Source: Candidatus Yanofskybacteria bacterium RIFCSPHIGHO2_01_FULL_44_24
GTDB taxonomy: Bacteria > Patescibacteriota > Minisyncoccia > 2-02-FULL-40-12 > GWA2-44-9
Assembly: GCA_001794215.1 (NCBI GenBank)
Contig: MGJK01000011.1
Coordinates: forward strand, 3,170 to 67,169
DNA: 64,000 nt
Reading direction: 5' to 3'
Shown: in pieces, positions 1-8,862 of the stretch
Numbering within the stretch: position 1 is the first letter of the stretch
How the letters are laid out: each line of letters begins with the position of its first letter
Program-made: the position numbers and the translations under genes
The notes under the pieces: generated by a model
The model's input: only the letters and a program-made list of their open reading frames with translations
Databases searched by the model: none
What the model was told of the DNA's origin: nothing

Positions 1-210
1 TTTCCTCTGGTTACTAAGATGTTTCACTTCACCAGGTATACTTCTCGCTTGCGCGAGATAATCATGGTTCACATGATTGGGTTTCCCCATTCGGTTATCT
101 CCGGATCAATGGTTGCTAGTCGCCTCCCCGAAGCTTATCGCAGACACGCCACGACCTTCATCGCCTTTTAGTGTCAAGGCATCCTCCGTACGCCCTTATG
201 AGTAATATCC
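1..210 (-). rRNA. rrl: 23S rRNA, 5' terminal part (gene continues beyond window start)
   Basis: Reverse complement of 1-200 matches conserved 23S 5' domain (GGATGCC...GGCGATGAAGG[A/T]CGTG...GATAAGC...GAAACATCTTAGTAACC). A GACCTCCCGCTGGAGGTC processing-stem-like hairpin lies at about 216-233. Confidence 0.8.
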
Positions 211-298
211 ACACAATTTCCTATTTTGACCTCCCGCTGGAGGTCGATTGTGTAGTTTTTCTTTATCTTACTGATGATTATATGCAATTTCTTACTTG

Positions 299-346
299 TC
301 CCGTTAGAAGTAGGTCGTTCTTAAACGACCGGTAGTTCTAATGGGA
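299..346. repeat. H-family hairpin element copy 1 (TIR TCCCGTTAGAAGTAG / degenerate TAGTTCTAATGGGA), about 80 nt upstream of the 23S 5' end
   Basis: Shares terminal inverted repeats with elements at 2906-3023 and 5944-6058. Inner GTCGTT-CTTAAA-CGAC hairpin. Confidence 0.55.
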
Positions 347-447
347 TTATTTACCCGCTATCTATTTACTATTGTTAAAATACTTTCCTCGGTAACCAGT
401 GTCTAAATCCTTAAAGATTCAATCATCGGTTACAGAAAATACCCACG

Positions 448-553
448 CCCCATCTGGGGTCAAGCTACATACTATATACTTTATTAATTTTTGCAAATCC
501 GCCTTCGGCTTTTTACCTGCTACTATCTGAATTATCGCCCAGATGAAGCGGGG
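448..553. ncRNA. X-family structured element copy 1 (CCCCATCTGG ... GCCTTCGGC ... GCCCAGATGAAGCGGGG)
   Basis: Three copies (448-553, 8758-8862, 16400-16499) with conserved outer stem CCAUCUGG/CCAGAUGG, central C(UUCG)G hairpin and 3' AGCGGG tail. Copy 2 carries a compensatory change (CUAUCUGG/CCAGAUAG). Confidence 0.5.
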
Positions 554-1147
554 TTCTATTGTTAGCAGCCACTCATTACATTCGTGGGCTAACAATGAAA
601 AAACCGCTCTCAAGCGGCATTAGTGAATACGCACAAAAAATGGACGTTATCAGCCGCTTTTAGTAAGTAATTGTAAGAATATATTCATCAGTTTTGTGCT
701 TATAAGTATATCAGATGGGCTATCCACAAGTCAACCCCTCACTTGAGGAGGATAGGTTCTGTCAGGCAAGGCTTCGGAACAGGACATAAGTAGTATTTCG
801 ATATATAAATTGCGGTTTGTTTATTTTGAGAACAGTTGCCTTGCTGATCCTCTTCAAGTGCAGGGGTCAATACCGTACCATAGGATAAGCGCTCACCCGG
901 GAAAAGACCTCGAAAACTACCCCTTCCTTTCAATTTCCCTGTCTCTTTTCTGAAGGTAAAAGACGATACTATATAATACCGCGATCAAGACATGAAGCGC
1001 CAAGTGTTTTAAGAATTTATGCTCTGATAATTTCTTATGAATCGCCGGCAGATTGTGAGATCCGCGAGCTATACGAGATTCGGTTGTTTTAGATTTATCC
1101 TCCATACTTTAATACATGATACCACATTTAGAAAAACTATTTATGCC

Positions 1148-1183
1148 CTTGACAAAAACCTGAGTGTTGGTTATCATATAAAA
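1148..1183 (+). promoter_or_regulatory. sigma70-like promoter (TTGACA-17-TATCAT) for the small membrane-protein gene
   Basis: CCCTTGACAaaaacctgagtgttggtTATCATataaaa, about 30 nt upstream of an AGGAG Shine-Dalgarno and the ATG at 1211. Confidence 0.5.
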
Positions 1184-1210
1184 ACTTGGGCCAATCAGAC
1201 AGGAGTCGTG

Positions 1211-1399
1211 ATGGATCAGGTCTTACTGGTACTGGATGTGATCTTTAATATTGTAGGCTACTTTCTTGGAGCGCTCGGTTTGATATTCGGGGTTGTTACA
1301 TCATGCCAGAGCGCATTCGTCAAAGAAGATAAGTTGGCCGATTTAGCGGAGTACACTTTTCTGATTCTTGCTGGATATGTTTTAATCCACTTACTGTAG
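1211..1399 (+). CDS. small hydrophobic membrane protein (62 aa)
   Basis: ATG at 1211 is preceded by AGGAG. Two predicted TM segments (LLVLDVIFNIVGYFLGALGLIFGVV; FLILAGYVLIHLL). Compact unit with promoter and terminator. Confidence 0.5.
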   Translation: MDQVLLVLDVIFNIVGYFLGALGLIFGVVTSCQSAFVKEDKLADLAEYTFLILAGYVLIHLL

Positions 1400-1425
1400 T
1401 CGATCTTCGGATCGACTTTTTAATT
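1400..1425 (+). terminator. rho-independent terminator hairpin GTCGATC-TTCG-GATCGAC + TTTTTA
   Basis: Perfect 7-bp stem with UUCG loop followed by a T-run, directly after the stop at 1399. Confidence 0.6.
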
Positions 1426-1437
1426 TACCGCTATGGT

Positions 1438-2211
1438 CTAACCGGTCAATACAGCCGGTTCCTTCTCCGTTATCGCCACAGTATGTTCAAAATGGGCGGC
1501 TAAACCGCCGTCTTTAGTTGTAAAAACAAATCCGTCATCGCCGTCTTTAATTTTCCAACTGCCCGTAACAACCATGGGTTCGATAGCAATGACCATGCCG
1601 GGAACAAGCTTTTCGCCCGCTCCCTCTTTTCCATAATTAGGCACCTGCGGAGATTCGTGAAGCTCCTTGCCTATGCCGTGACCTACAAGATCACGGACAA
1701 CGCCAAATCCCGCTTTCTCAACAAACTTCTGTATTGCCGCCCCTATATCCCCCAACCTGTTACCGACAACAGCCTTAGCTATTCCTATCTCCAAAGATTT
1801 TTTAGTTACGGAAATTAATTTTTTCTCAAGAGAGTACTTTCGGTTAAAAACCCTTGAGAGCTTACCGCCCTTCGTAACTAAAACCGTAACCGCAGAATCG
1901 GTATGAAATCCTTTATAGAGAACCCCGAAGTCCAACTTGCATAGATCGCCTTCTTTAAGCTTTCTTTCGGAAGGTACGCCGTGAACGATTTCATCATTTA
2001 CGGACACGCAAAGAACGGCAGGAAAATCACCGTACCCCAAAAACGACGGCTTAGCTCCGTATTTTAAAATAAGCTCGTTGGCGAGCTTATTTAAACTTCC
2101 GGTAGTAACCCCCGGCACAGTCTTCTTCTTTAATTCTTCGAGGATGGATTTCAGTATCCTACCGCCTTCTCTCATGGCCTCTATCTCTTTTTTCGTTTTA
2201 AGATTAATCAT
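1438..2211 (-). CDS. map: methionine aminopeptidase type I
   Basis: 257 aa with the pita-bread metal-ligand pattern (FHTD..., HGIGKELHE). Position after adk as in the spc/alpha cluster. Confidence 0.9.
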   Translation of the reverse strand: MINLKTKKEIEAMREGGRILKSILEELKKKTVPGVTTGSLNKLANELILKYGAKPSFLGYGDFPAVLCVSVNDEIVHGVPSERKLKEGDLCKLDFGVLYKGFHTDSAVTVLVTKGGKLSRVFNRKYSLEKKLISVTKKSLEIGIAKAVVGNRLGDIGAAIQKFVEKAGFGVVRDLVGHGIGKELHESPQVPNYGKEGAGEKLVPGMVIAIEPMVVTGSWKIKDGDDGFVFTTKDGGLAAHFEHTVAITEKEPAVLTG

Positions 2212-2905
2212 TCAAAGTATATTTGGACAATTCCTTCCAAACGTCATCGGCAACGCCCTGAATACTATTCTCTCCCGGAATATTTATCGACTCGATGCCT
2301 CTTTTTTCGACATATTCAATGGCAGGAACTGTTCTTTGCTCAAATTCACCAAGACGAACCTTAATAACGTCCGGGTTATCCAAGGTTCTTCTTATGACCT
2401 TGCCTCCGTCTTCGGGACAAATGGACGGATTGGTCTTGGCAACTTCCGGATCGATAGGATGGCTGTTTTTCTGACAAAAAAGTCTTAGACTGTTTCTCTT
2501 CATCGATTCGCCTCCCGATACATGAAGCTTGAAAAGCACTATAGCATCTTTACCGCCGAAGGATTCAAGCTTAGGAATCTCCTGTTCAGCTTCGGGAAGA
2601 GTTCTCGGAGATCCGCTGAATATTATTCCTTTGACTCCGGAGTCAACAAGCTTTTGAACCGCTTCATTTACGACTCCGGCTACCCAATGCGGAGTTAACA
2701 GGATGCCATTATCCCACATATTCTTTTCTTTGATCATATCTTCGTAATCAGGATCTTCCGGCTTAGTATTCCTGAACTTTTCTTCAAGCGCCTGAGTGCT
2801 TTTGAAAATAGTATATCCGATCTTCGGAGCAAGAATGGCAGCCTGGGTATCTTTCCCGGATCCGATCGGCCCCATAAAAATAATAAATTTCTTTCGTAAA
2901 TTCAT
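2204..2905 (-). CDS. adk: adenylate kinase (long form with Cys-containing LID insertion)
   Basis: P-loop GPIGSGKDTQA and the GIIFSGSPRTLPEAE motif (compare GFPRT). Position secY-adk-map. Confidence 0.85.
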   Translation of the reverse strand: MNLRKKFIIFMGPIGSGKDTQAAILAPKIGYTIFKSTQALEEKFRNTKPEDPDYEDMIKEKNMWDNGILLTPHWVAGVVNEAVQKLVDSGVKGIIFSGSPRTLPEAEQEIPKLESFGGKDAIVLFKLHVSGGESMKRNSLRLFCQKNSHPIDPEVAKTNPSICPEDGGKVIRRTLDNPDVIKVRLGEFEQRTVPAIEYVEKRGIESINIPGENSIQGVADDVWKELSKYTLND

Positions 2906-3023
2906 CCAGTTAGAAGTAGCCCCGCCGAGGTCCTTTCGCGGAGTGGTCTCCTGGCCGTGCTTTAGCCGGCCGAGGAACTCCGTCGGACTCGCGACTTCGT
3001 CGCGAGCGAGACTTCTAACGGGA
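2906..3023. repeat. H-family hairpin element copy 2, directly 5' of the adk start codon
   Basis: Terminal inverted repeats CCAGTTAGAAGT ... ACTTCTAACGGGA around a GC-rich inner structure (CTCGCGAC-TTC-GTCGCGAG, GGAG-TGGT-CTCC). The 3' arm ends at the base before ATG. Confidence 0.55.
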
Positions 3024-3091
3024 TCAATAAATTCATATTATCAGATCATCCATAAAAAGCCAGATACTAACCGAAAATAAAAGCCCCCAAA

Positions 3092-3448
3092 TTATAGGAG
3101 CTTTACGATAGCAGGAGAGGAGGGAAGGAAGTGCTTACCTTCTTGTTTATACAGCTCAAGAGACCATGCCTGAATTTGACCAGTAATAAAGCGTTCTAAT
3201 TCTTCAGGATTTTCAGCCCGAAAAGATGCGGACATCATCTGGCTGTGAGCTTGCAGGTTGTCCAGCGGTCCAGAGATTGAAGTAAAAATTACATAGATAA
3301 AGAACATGATCCCGCCCCTCGCCTCGATAACCCACGCTCGGATATTACTACAAACTATATTTGGGGTAAAGTACATAGGATTTTTGATCATCTCTTTTTG
3401 CCTAAAATAAAATGCCCTACGAAATGGGCACTTTAAATATACGGCCAA
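3092..3448 (-). CDS. hypothetical protein (doubtful ORF in the secY-adk spacer)
   Basis: 118-aa ORF only. Overlaps the predicted secY terminator hairpin (GCCC-TACGAAAT-GGGC at about 3400-3430). Composition partly typical of AT-rich non-coding DNA. Confidence 0.2.
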   Translation of the reverse strand: MAVYLKCPFRRAFYFRQKEMIKNPMYFTPNIVCSNIRAWVIEARGGIMFFIYVIFTSISGPLDNLQAHSQMMSASFRAENPEELERFITGQIQAWSLELYKQEGKHFLPSSPAIVKLL

Positions 3449-3454
3449 AAAGCA

Positions 3455-4717
3455 CTAGTACTCGTACATAGAGAGCTGGGCATCCACCTGCTTCATGGTT
3501 TCCAAAGCCACTGAAACAACGATTAATATCGAGGTGCCTCCAACCTGAAGAGCCGTAATACCGGTGAAGCCCTGAACAATATTCGGTAATACCGCTATCA
3601 CTCCCAAAAATATAGCTCCGACCAAGGTAACTCGATTCAATAAGTGATTAAGAAATTGAGCCGTCATCGGTCCGGGCCTGATACCGGGGATATATCCGCC
3701 TTGTTTCTGAATGTTTTCTGAAATAGATTTAGGATCAAAGGTAATCGCGGTGTAGAAATACGTAAATAGGACGACTAAGAGGAAGTAAAACATGGAATAC
3801 CAGACTTGGGATTGCAAAAAACCGTTAACTATCTGAGAAATTCTTGAAATTACGGCGATATTTGTTCCGGCCAAAAAATTAGCAATCATGCCCGGAAAAA
3901 GCAGAATGGATAAGGCGAATATGATCGGGATAACGCCGGCATTATTGACCCTCATCGGTAAATAAGTAGATACCCCGCCATAAACCTTGAATCCCCTGAC
4001 TCTTCGAGCATAGTTAACCGGAATGTTCCTTTGGGCCTCGGATATATAAACTACACCGACAACAACTATAAGGGCGACTATGATAAAGCCGGCGTAAGAG
4101 AACAGATCTTGGCCCGATGTGTAAGAAAAGAGAGCCTGTTGAACGCTTCCCGGGAAACCAGCCACTATGCCGGCTAAAATCAAAAGGGATGTTCCATTTC
4201 CAAGATTTTTTTCGGTGATCAATTCACCAAGCCACATAAAGAATATGCTACCAGCAGTAATCACGAGCAGTGTTGAAGCCCATTCTACCATGCTTAAGCT
4301 GTCGATAACTCCTTGCCGGGATAAAAGAACCAGAAAACCATATCCCTGAAGAATAGCCAAAGGAACGGTCAACACCCTTGAATACTGATTAAATCTCGCC
4401 CGACCGGCTTCTCCTTCGTATTTATACATCTGCTCCATGGCCGGGAATATCATCGTTAAGAGCTGCATGATAATTGAGCTGGTGATATAGGGACCCAAAC
4501 CGAGCATGCCTATCGAAAGGGCGGAAAATGACCCTCCTGTGAAGGCGCTGATCAGGCCGAAAAATTGATTCTGGCTCAAAAAATCCTGAAGCCTCGAAGC
4601 ATCTATCGCCGGAATAGGAATATTCGAGATAATCCTGAAAACAACCAAAAGTCCGAAGATAAATAAAACCTTATTTCTTAATTCCGGTCTTTTAAAAATT
4701 TGAAGAATACGCTGCAT
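3455..4717 (-). CDS. secY: preprotein translocase subunit SecY
   Basis: 420 aa with 10 TM segments and typical SecY motifs (GLGPYITSSIIMQLL). Position after rplO. Confidence 0.95.
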   Translation of the reverse strand: MQRILQIFKRPELRNKVLFIFGLLVVFRIISNIPIPAIDASRLQDFLSQNQFFGLISAFTGGSFSALSIGMLGLGPYITSSIIMQLLTMIFPAMEQMYKYEGEAGRARFNQYSRVLTVPLAILQGYGFLVLLSRQGVIDSLSMVEWASTLLVITAGSIFFMWLGELITEKNLGNGTSLLILAGIVAGFPGSVQQALFSYTSGQDLFSYAGFIIVALIVVVGVVYISEAQRNIPVNYARRVRGFKVYGGVSTYLPMRVNNAGVIPIIFALSILLFPGMIANFLAGTNIAVISRISQIVNGFLQSQVWYSMFYFLLVVLFTYFYTAITFDPKSISENIQKQGGYIPGIRPGPMTAQFLNHLLNRVTLVGAIFLGVIAVLPNIVQGFTGITALQVGGTSILIVVSVALETMKQVDAQLSMYEY

Positions 4718-4820
4718 TCGAGTTTATAAAGTTTGTAAAGTTATAATGTTTATAAAGTTTTAGTGAATCTGAGCCTTACTTATTAACTTTATTAACTTTA
4801 AGAACTTGATGAACTTTTAA

Positions 4821-5291
4821 CTATTTGATTGTCCCTCCGGCTTTCAGAACTTTGTTTTTGGCTGATTTGGAGAACTGAAAACCTTCGAACTGCATTTTTT
4901 TCTTAAGCTCTCCCCCGCCAAGTATCTTTACCCCGTTTGCAATCTTATCGATCAATCCTTTTTCTTTAAGCAGACCGGGCGTAACGACATCTACGTCAAA
5001 TTGATTGAAAAATCCTAAATTTAAAACTCCGGGCTTTGTATGCCTGAGCTGAAAATACCGGTGCTTTGGATGGGGATTGGAACCTCCGGGCTTTTTTGAG
5101 GCTCCTCTTTGCTTGGGAAACAGCTGCCAAAGCCTGCTATCGCCGCCCCTGAAACCTGGCTTGACTCCTGCGCCGGCCCGGGATTTTTGACCTTTCATAC
5201 CTTTGCCGGAGTATGTCCCGCGTTTACCGCCACGGCCGACTCTTTTTCGGTTTTTTCGAAGCGTTTTAGATTTTAATTGTGATAAATCCAT
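4821..5291 (-). CDS. rplO: 50S ribosomal protein L15
   Basis: N-terminus KNRKRVGRGGKRGTYSGKGMKGQKSRAG typical of L15. Confidence 0.9.
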   Translation of the reverse strand: MDLSQLKSKTLRKNRKRVGRGGKRGTYSGKGMKGQKSRAGAGVKPGFRGGDSRLWQLFPKQRGASKKPGGSNPHPKHRYFQLRHTKPGVLNLGFFNQFDVDVVTPGLLKEKGLIDKIANGVKILGGGELKKKMQFEGFQFSKSAKNKVLKAGGTIK

Positions 5292-5374
5292 AGTCGTTTA
5301 ACTAAAGTTAAAATTTAAAAATCAAAATGCAAAATTCCTGTAACTCATTAAAATCTTTGATTTTAATGAGCATC

Positions 5375-5944
5375 CTAAACTTTTAACTTTTCGCTTTTAA
5401 TTTTTAATTTCTTTAAGGCTTCTATCGTAGCCATGGCAATATTGATCTTATTATTTGTTCTTTCGATGAGCTTTCCGGTCAATGCAGTTATGCCTAAAAG
5501 CTTAGCGACAACTCGAACGGGTCCGCCGGCTTTTACTCCACCGATCGTCGGCTTTAATAAAACTACGGCACTATTGTATTTGGCTTCAACTTGATAAGGA
5601 ATGGTACCCTTAACAATCGGGATTGTTATAAGATTTTTCTTAGCCCTGTTGAAAGCTTTTTGGACTGACTGAGCGACGTCTCTTCCTTTATTAATACCTA
5701 TGCCAACCCTTCCTTTGCCGTCTCCGATGACAATAGTCGCTCGAAAACTAAATCTCTTGCCGCCCTTAGTAACCCTTGTTACCCTGGCAATATCAATGAC
5801 TTTCTGTTCAAACTCCGATTTAGCATCGCCGGAATGCCCTCCTCTGCGAGGTCCGCGTCCACCCCTGCCTCCTCTTCCGCCCATTCTGTTCCTATTGTCA
5901 CCCCTGGGGACATTGCCTATATTATTTTGTTTAATTGGTTCCAT
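5375..5944 (-). CDS. rpsE: 30S ribosomal protein S5 with N-terminal Gly/Arg-rich extension
   Basis: S5 dsRBD and C-terminal domain (VTRVTKGGKRFSF..GDGKGRVG..). Start moved to the internal Met (MEPIKQ) because the upstream 8 codons lie inside the H3 repeat. RGGRGGRGPRRGG extension. Confidence 0.85.
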   Translation of the reverse strand: MEPIKQNNIGNVPRGDNRNRMGGRGGRGGRGPRRGGHSGDAKSEFEQKVIDIARVTRVTKGGKRFSFRATIVIGDGKGRVGIGINKGRDVAQSVQKAFNRAKKNLITIPIVKGTIPYQVEAKYNSAVVLLKPTIGGVKAGGPVRVVAKLLGITALTGKLIERTNNKINIAMATIEALKKLKIKSEKLKV

Positions 5945-6058
5945 CCCGTTAGAAGTAGTGCAAAGCACCCACTACCACCGTGCGGTGCGATACATTTCTT
6001 ATTATTGTTTTACCGATATTCATGTTATTCAACCACGTTAGGGGTACTTCTAACGGGA
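5944..6058. repeat. H-family hairpin element copy 3, filling the entire rplR-rpsE spacer
   Basis: TCCCGTTAGAAGTAG ... TACTTCTAACGGGA terminal inverted repeats (14/15 complementary). About 85 nt variable interior. Confidence 0.55.
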
Positions 6059-6062
6059 TTAA

Positions 6063-6422
6063 TTAAATTTTAAGCCCTCCCGCTCTCAATCCTTCAACTA
6101 AAGCCTTTATCCGACCATGATATTTAGATCCTCCCCGGTCAAGCACGGCTTCTTTGATTCCCATTTCTTTGGCTTTTTCAGATAACGCCTTAGCAATCGA
6201 GGAGGCCTTCTCGGTCTTAGTACCCTTTGCTTTATTGCTTTTTGAAACTGAACCCTTGATACTCAAGATTGTCTTACCGGTCTGATCATCAATAAATTGA
6301 ACTAAAAGATTTCTGTTACTCTTAAAAACAGATATCCGGGGACGCGCCTTGGTGCCGGCTACCTTGGCTCTTACTCTCTTATGGCGCCTCATTCTATTTA
6401 ATTTTTTATTTTCCGGTTTCAA
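6063..6422 (-). CDS. rplR: 50S ribosomal protein L18
   Basis: 119 aa. Conserved L18 core (RLSVFKSNRNLLVQFIDD..). TTG start. Confidence 0.85.
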   Translation of the reverse strand: MKPENKKLNRMRRHKRVRAKVAGTKARPRISVFKSNRNLLVQFIDDQTGKTILSIKGSVSKSNKAKGTKTEKASSIAKALSEKAKEMGIKEAVLDRGGSKYHGRIKALVEGLRAGGLKI

Positions 6423-6458
6423 TTTATTTTTAATTGATGTCCCTAATCGAACTCTTTA

Positions 6459-7004
6459 TTATCCGGCAGCTACCGCTTTCTTGCCGGCCTTTTTCTTTAT
6501 AACCTCCCCCTGATATCTGATTCCGCTGCCCTTGTAAGGTTCCGGCTCTCTCTTGGACCTTATCCCGGCGGCCACGTGGCCTATAAGCTCATTATCGATG
6601 CCGGATATCTTTATAACGCTCTTTTCAACTTTAAAAGTAACCCCCTCCGGCGCTTTAACCATGATTGGATGTGAATACCCAAGGTTTAGTTCCAGATCAT
6701 TGCCCTTTACATTAGCCTTGTAACCGATGCCTTCGAATTCAAGAACTTTTTCAAAACCGTCGGTAACTCCCTTGATCATGTTCTGAATAAGGGCTCTAAA
6801 CAATCCCCAGGAAGCATTGTCAATTACGGCCTGACCGCTCACCGGTTTAATCATAACTGATCCGTTAGAAACGCTTGCAGATACCGAACCGGAAATCTTC
6901 TTCTTTAATTCACCCTTGGGGCCCTTAACCGAAATCAGACCATCGTTAATCTGGACATCTACTCCTTTTGGTACTGGTATTGGTTTTTTGCCGATTTTCG
7001 ACAT
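6459..7004 (-). CDS. rplF: 50S ribosomal protein L6
   Basis: 181 aa with two L6 repeats (PIPVPKGVDV...GPKGEL). Confidence 0.9.
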   Translation of the reverse strand: MSKIGKKPIPVPKGVDVQINDGLISVKGPKGELKKKISGSVSASVSNGSVMIKPVSGQAVIDNASWGLFRALIQNMIKGVTDGFEKVLEFEGIGYKANVKGNDLELNLGYSHPIMVKAPEGVTFKVEKSVIKISGIDNELIGHVAAGIRSKREPEPYKGSGIRYQGEVIKKKAGKKAVAAG

Positions 7005-7126
7005 AAGCTTCGCTAAATTAAAAACGTAAAACTAAAAATTTAAAACTCTGGAAATCCAAAATTTTCCTTGGAGAAATTTTGGATAACATTAATTTTGCAC
7101 TTTTCGCTTTGCATTTTGAATTTTTA
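7005..7126. repeat. A-type AT-rich intergenic repeat (rpsH-rplF spacer)
   Basis: GCTTCGCTAAATTAAAA...CAAAATTTTCCTTGGAGAAATTTTG...TTTGCATTTTGA module shared with 7529-7645, 10653-10768, 11408-11529, 13410-13527 and 14630-14745. Confidence 0.7.
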
Positions 7127-7528
7127 TTACCACACCTCAAACAGCATTTCTCCTCCTATTTTATTCTTCATGGCTTCCTTGGAACTCATCATACCTTTAG
7201 GAGTCGAGATAACCGCTATTCCATATCCTGATCTTACCGGTTTTATCTCACTTGATTTAACATATAAATGGCGGGATGGACGGCTTATCACCTTGAATCC
7301 GCTTATAGCACCTTGGCCATCTTCGTATTTTAAAGTGATTTCTATATATTCATGTTCGGCCTTAACGGCTTTTTCCTTTTTTCTTTCTACTCCGCTTATG
7401 AATCCGTTTTCCTGCAAAATCGAGGCAATCTTGAACTTAGGTCCGGAAAAAGGAACCGAAACCTGCTCATGCTTAACCGCTTGAGCGTTCTTAATTCTTA
7501 CTAACATGTCTCCTATTGGATATGACAT
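7127..7528 (-). CDS. rpsH: 30S ribosomal protein S8
   Basis: 133 aa. MSYPIGDMLVRIKNA... typical S8 N-terminus. Confidence 0.9.
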   Translation of the reverse strand: MSYPIGDMLVRIKNAQAVKHEQVSVPFSGPKFKIASILQENGFISGVERKKEKAVKAEHEYIEITLKYEDGQGAISGFKVISRPSRHLYVKSSEIKPVRSGYGIAVISTPKGMMSSKEAMKNKIGGEMLFEVW

Positions 7529-7645
7529 AGCTTTACTAAATTAAAAGTTAAAAATGAAAAGTTTAAAATTCTGGTTATTAACTTCTCCGAACCATTCGGA
7601 AAAGTTAATCTCATTAATTTTGATTTTTGATTTTTGCATTTTGAT
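7529..7645. repeat. A-type AT-rich intergenic repeat (rpsN-rpsH spacer)
   Basis: Same module family, with a TCTCCGAACCATTCGGAAAAG inner hairpin variant. Confidence 0.65.
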
Positions 7646-7831
7646 TTACCAAGATGACTTCTTAACTCCGGGTAAAAGGCCTTGGCTGGCTAATTCTCTA
7701 AAATGTATCCGGCACAAACCGAATTTCCTCATGTATCCGCCTTTTCTCCCGCATAGAAAACATCTCCGAACTATCCGTGTTGAAAATTTAGGTTTCTTAT
7801 CTGATCTTGCAATTGTTGATTTCTTTGCCAT
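7646..7831 (-). CDS. rpsN: 30S ribosomal protein S14, zinc-binding type (61 aa)
   Basis: [23 protein letters not shown] zinc-ribbon S14 (type Z) signature. Confidence 0.9.
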   Translation of the reverse strand: MAKKSTIARSDKKPKFSTRIVRRCFLCGRKGGYMRKFGLCRIHFRELASQGLLPGVKKSSW

Positions 7832-7913
7832 GTTTGTCTATGAAGCGTAGCTGAATAGCTACAAACATGAGCACCTCGCCGAAGTTCCAAGGGAACGAAG
7901 GCGGGTAGCCCAT

Positions 7914-8459
7914 TTATTTATCTTTTTTTATCGGAAATCCCATTAATTTTAACAATTCAATGCCCCTCTCCCTATTCTTTGCCGTAGTAACAACCGTTAC
8001 CTCTAATCCAAATATATCTTTCAAGCTTTCGTAGGTGATCTCCGGGAATATGCTGTGTTCTTTGATGCCTAAGTTTAAATTGCCCGAGCTGTCAAAATTT
8101 TTCGAATCAATCCCTCTGAAATCTTTGGATCGAGGAAGAGCGACATGGATCAATCGATCTATGAAATCATACATCCTCTTACCGCGCAAGGTAACCACCA
8201 GTCCTATCCTCATCCCCTGCCTAGTCTTAAAACCTGATATAGACTGCTTAGCTGTCCTGAAAACCGCTTTCTGGCCGGAAAGAAGAGCTAAATCTTTCTG
8301 AGCTTTCTCTAAAAACTTTTCATCCTTCGCAACCTTGCCTATACCTACATTTATGACCACCTTTTCAACCCGCGGGACGGCCATCACGTTTTCTATATCA
8401 AAAGCCTTCTGCATTGCAGGTACTATTTTCTTTCTGTATTGTTCTAATAAACTTGACAT
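7914..8459 (-). CDS. rplE: 50S ribosomal protein L5
   Basis: 181 aa with L5 motifs (PRVEKVVINVGIG, RGKRMYDFIDRL). Confidence 0.9.
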   Translation of the reverse strand: MSSLLEQYRKKIVPAMQKAFDIENVMAVPRVEKVVINVGIGKVAKDEKFLEKAQKDLALLSGQKAVFRTAKQSISGFKTRQGMRIGLVVTLRGKRMYDFIDRLIHVALPRSKDFRGIDSKNFDSSGNLNLGIKEHSIFPEITYESLKDIFGLEVTVVTTAKNRERGIELLKLMGFPIKKDK

Positions 8460-8679
8460 ATATTAACGGATTGTTATGCTATCACTAAATTTGCTTTTTG
8501 AAAAGGGATTATCCATATGGAACAGTTTCTTACTCGCGGAAGATTCTTTATCGTTAGCTGGCTTGGACTTACATTTTTGGTCACTTATTTACTCCCTCAA
8601 GCATCACTTGCCGTACTTCTGCTCGTTTCCGGAATACCAGCTTGGTTACTGTCTGGCTGGCTATCCAAGCCCCGTACCG

Positions 8680-8705
8680 CCAAATAAGGCGGTTTTTTAT
8701 TGGGG
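8680..8705 (+). terminator. plus-strand rho-independent terminator (ACCGCC-AAATAA-GGCGGT + TTTTTTA) inside the minus-strand r-protein cluster
   Basis: Perfect 6-bp GC stem followed by a T-run on the plus strand only. On the minus strand the same hairpin is preceded, not followed, by the U-run. Confidence 0.45.
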
Positions 8706-8757
8706 CTCCATCCCCCACCAATTTCGTCCGCCAATCGTATCGCAAGTCGCTCCGTCC

Positions 8758-8862
8758 CGCCCTATCTGGATCCAAATTAACTTTTGGCACACTATCATCT
8801 TACAAATCGCCTTCGGCTTTTCTTCCTGTTAATACCCTTCTTTGTGCCCAGATAGAGCGGGG
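8758..8862. ncRNA. X-family structured element copy 2, inside a 412-bp non-coding insertion between rplX and rplE
   Basis: CCCUAUCUGG ... CGCCUUCGGCU ... GCCCAGAUAGAGCGGGG. The stem carries a compensated C-to-U / G-to-A change relative to copies 1 and 3. Confidence 0.5.

Noticed and set aside
419-1105. Minus-strand ORFs 419-613, 739-933 and 917-1105
   Set aside because: They overlap the X1 element or AT-rich non-coding sequence and lack a family or start context. A minus-strand terminator-like hairpin (CCGCTCTCAAGCGG plus A-run) at about 600-630 suggests non-coding transcripts instead.
230-1437. Expected a 16S rRNA gene upstream of the 23S 5' end
   Set aside because: No 16S-like conserved blocks on either strand. 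The region instead holds the X1/H1 elements and a small promoter-gene-terminator unit.
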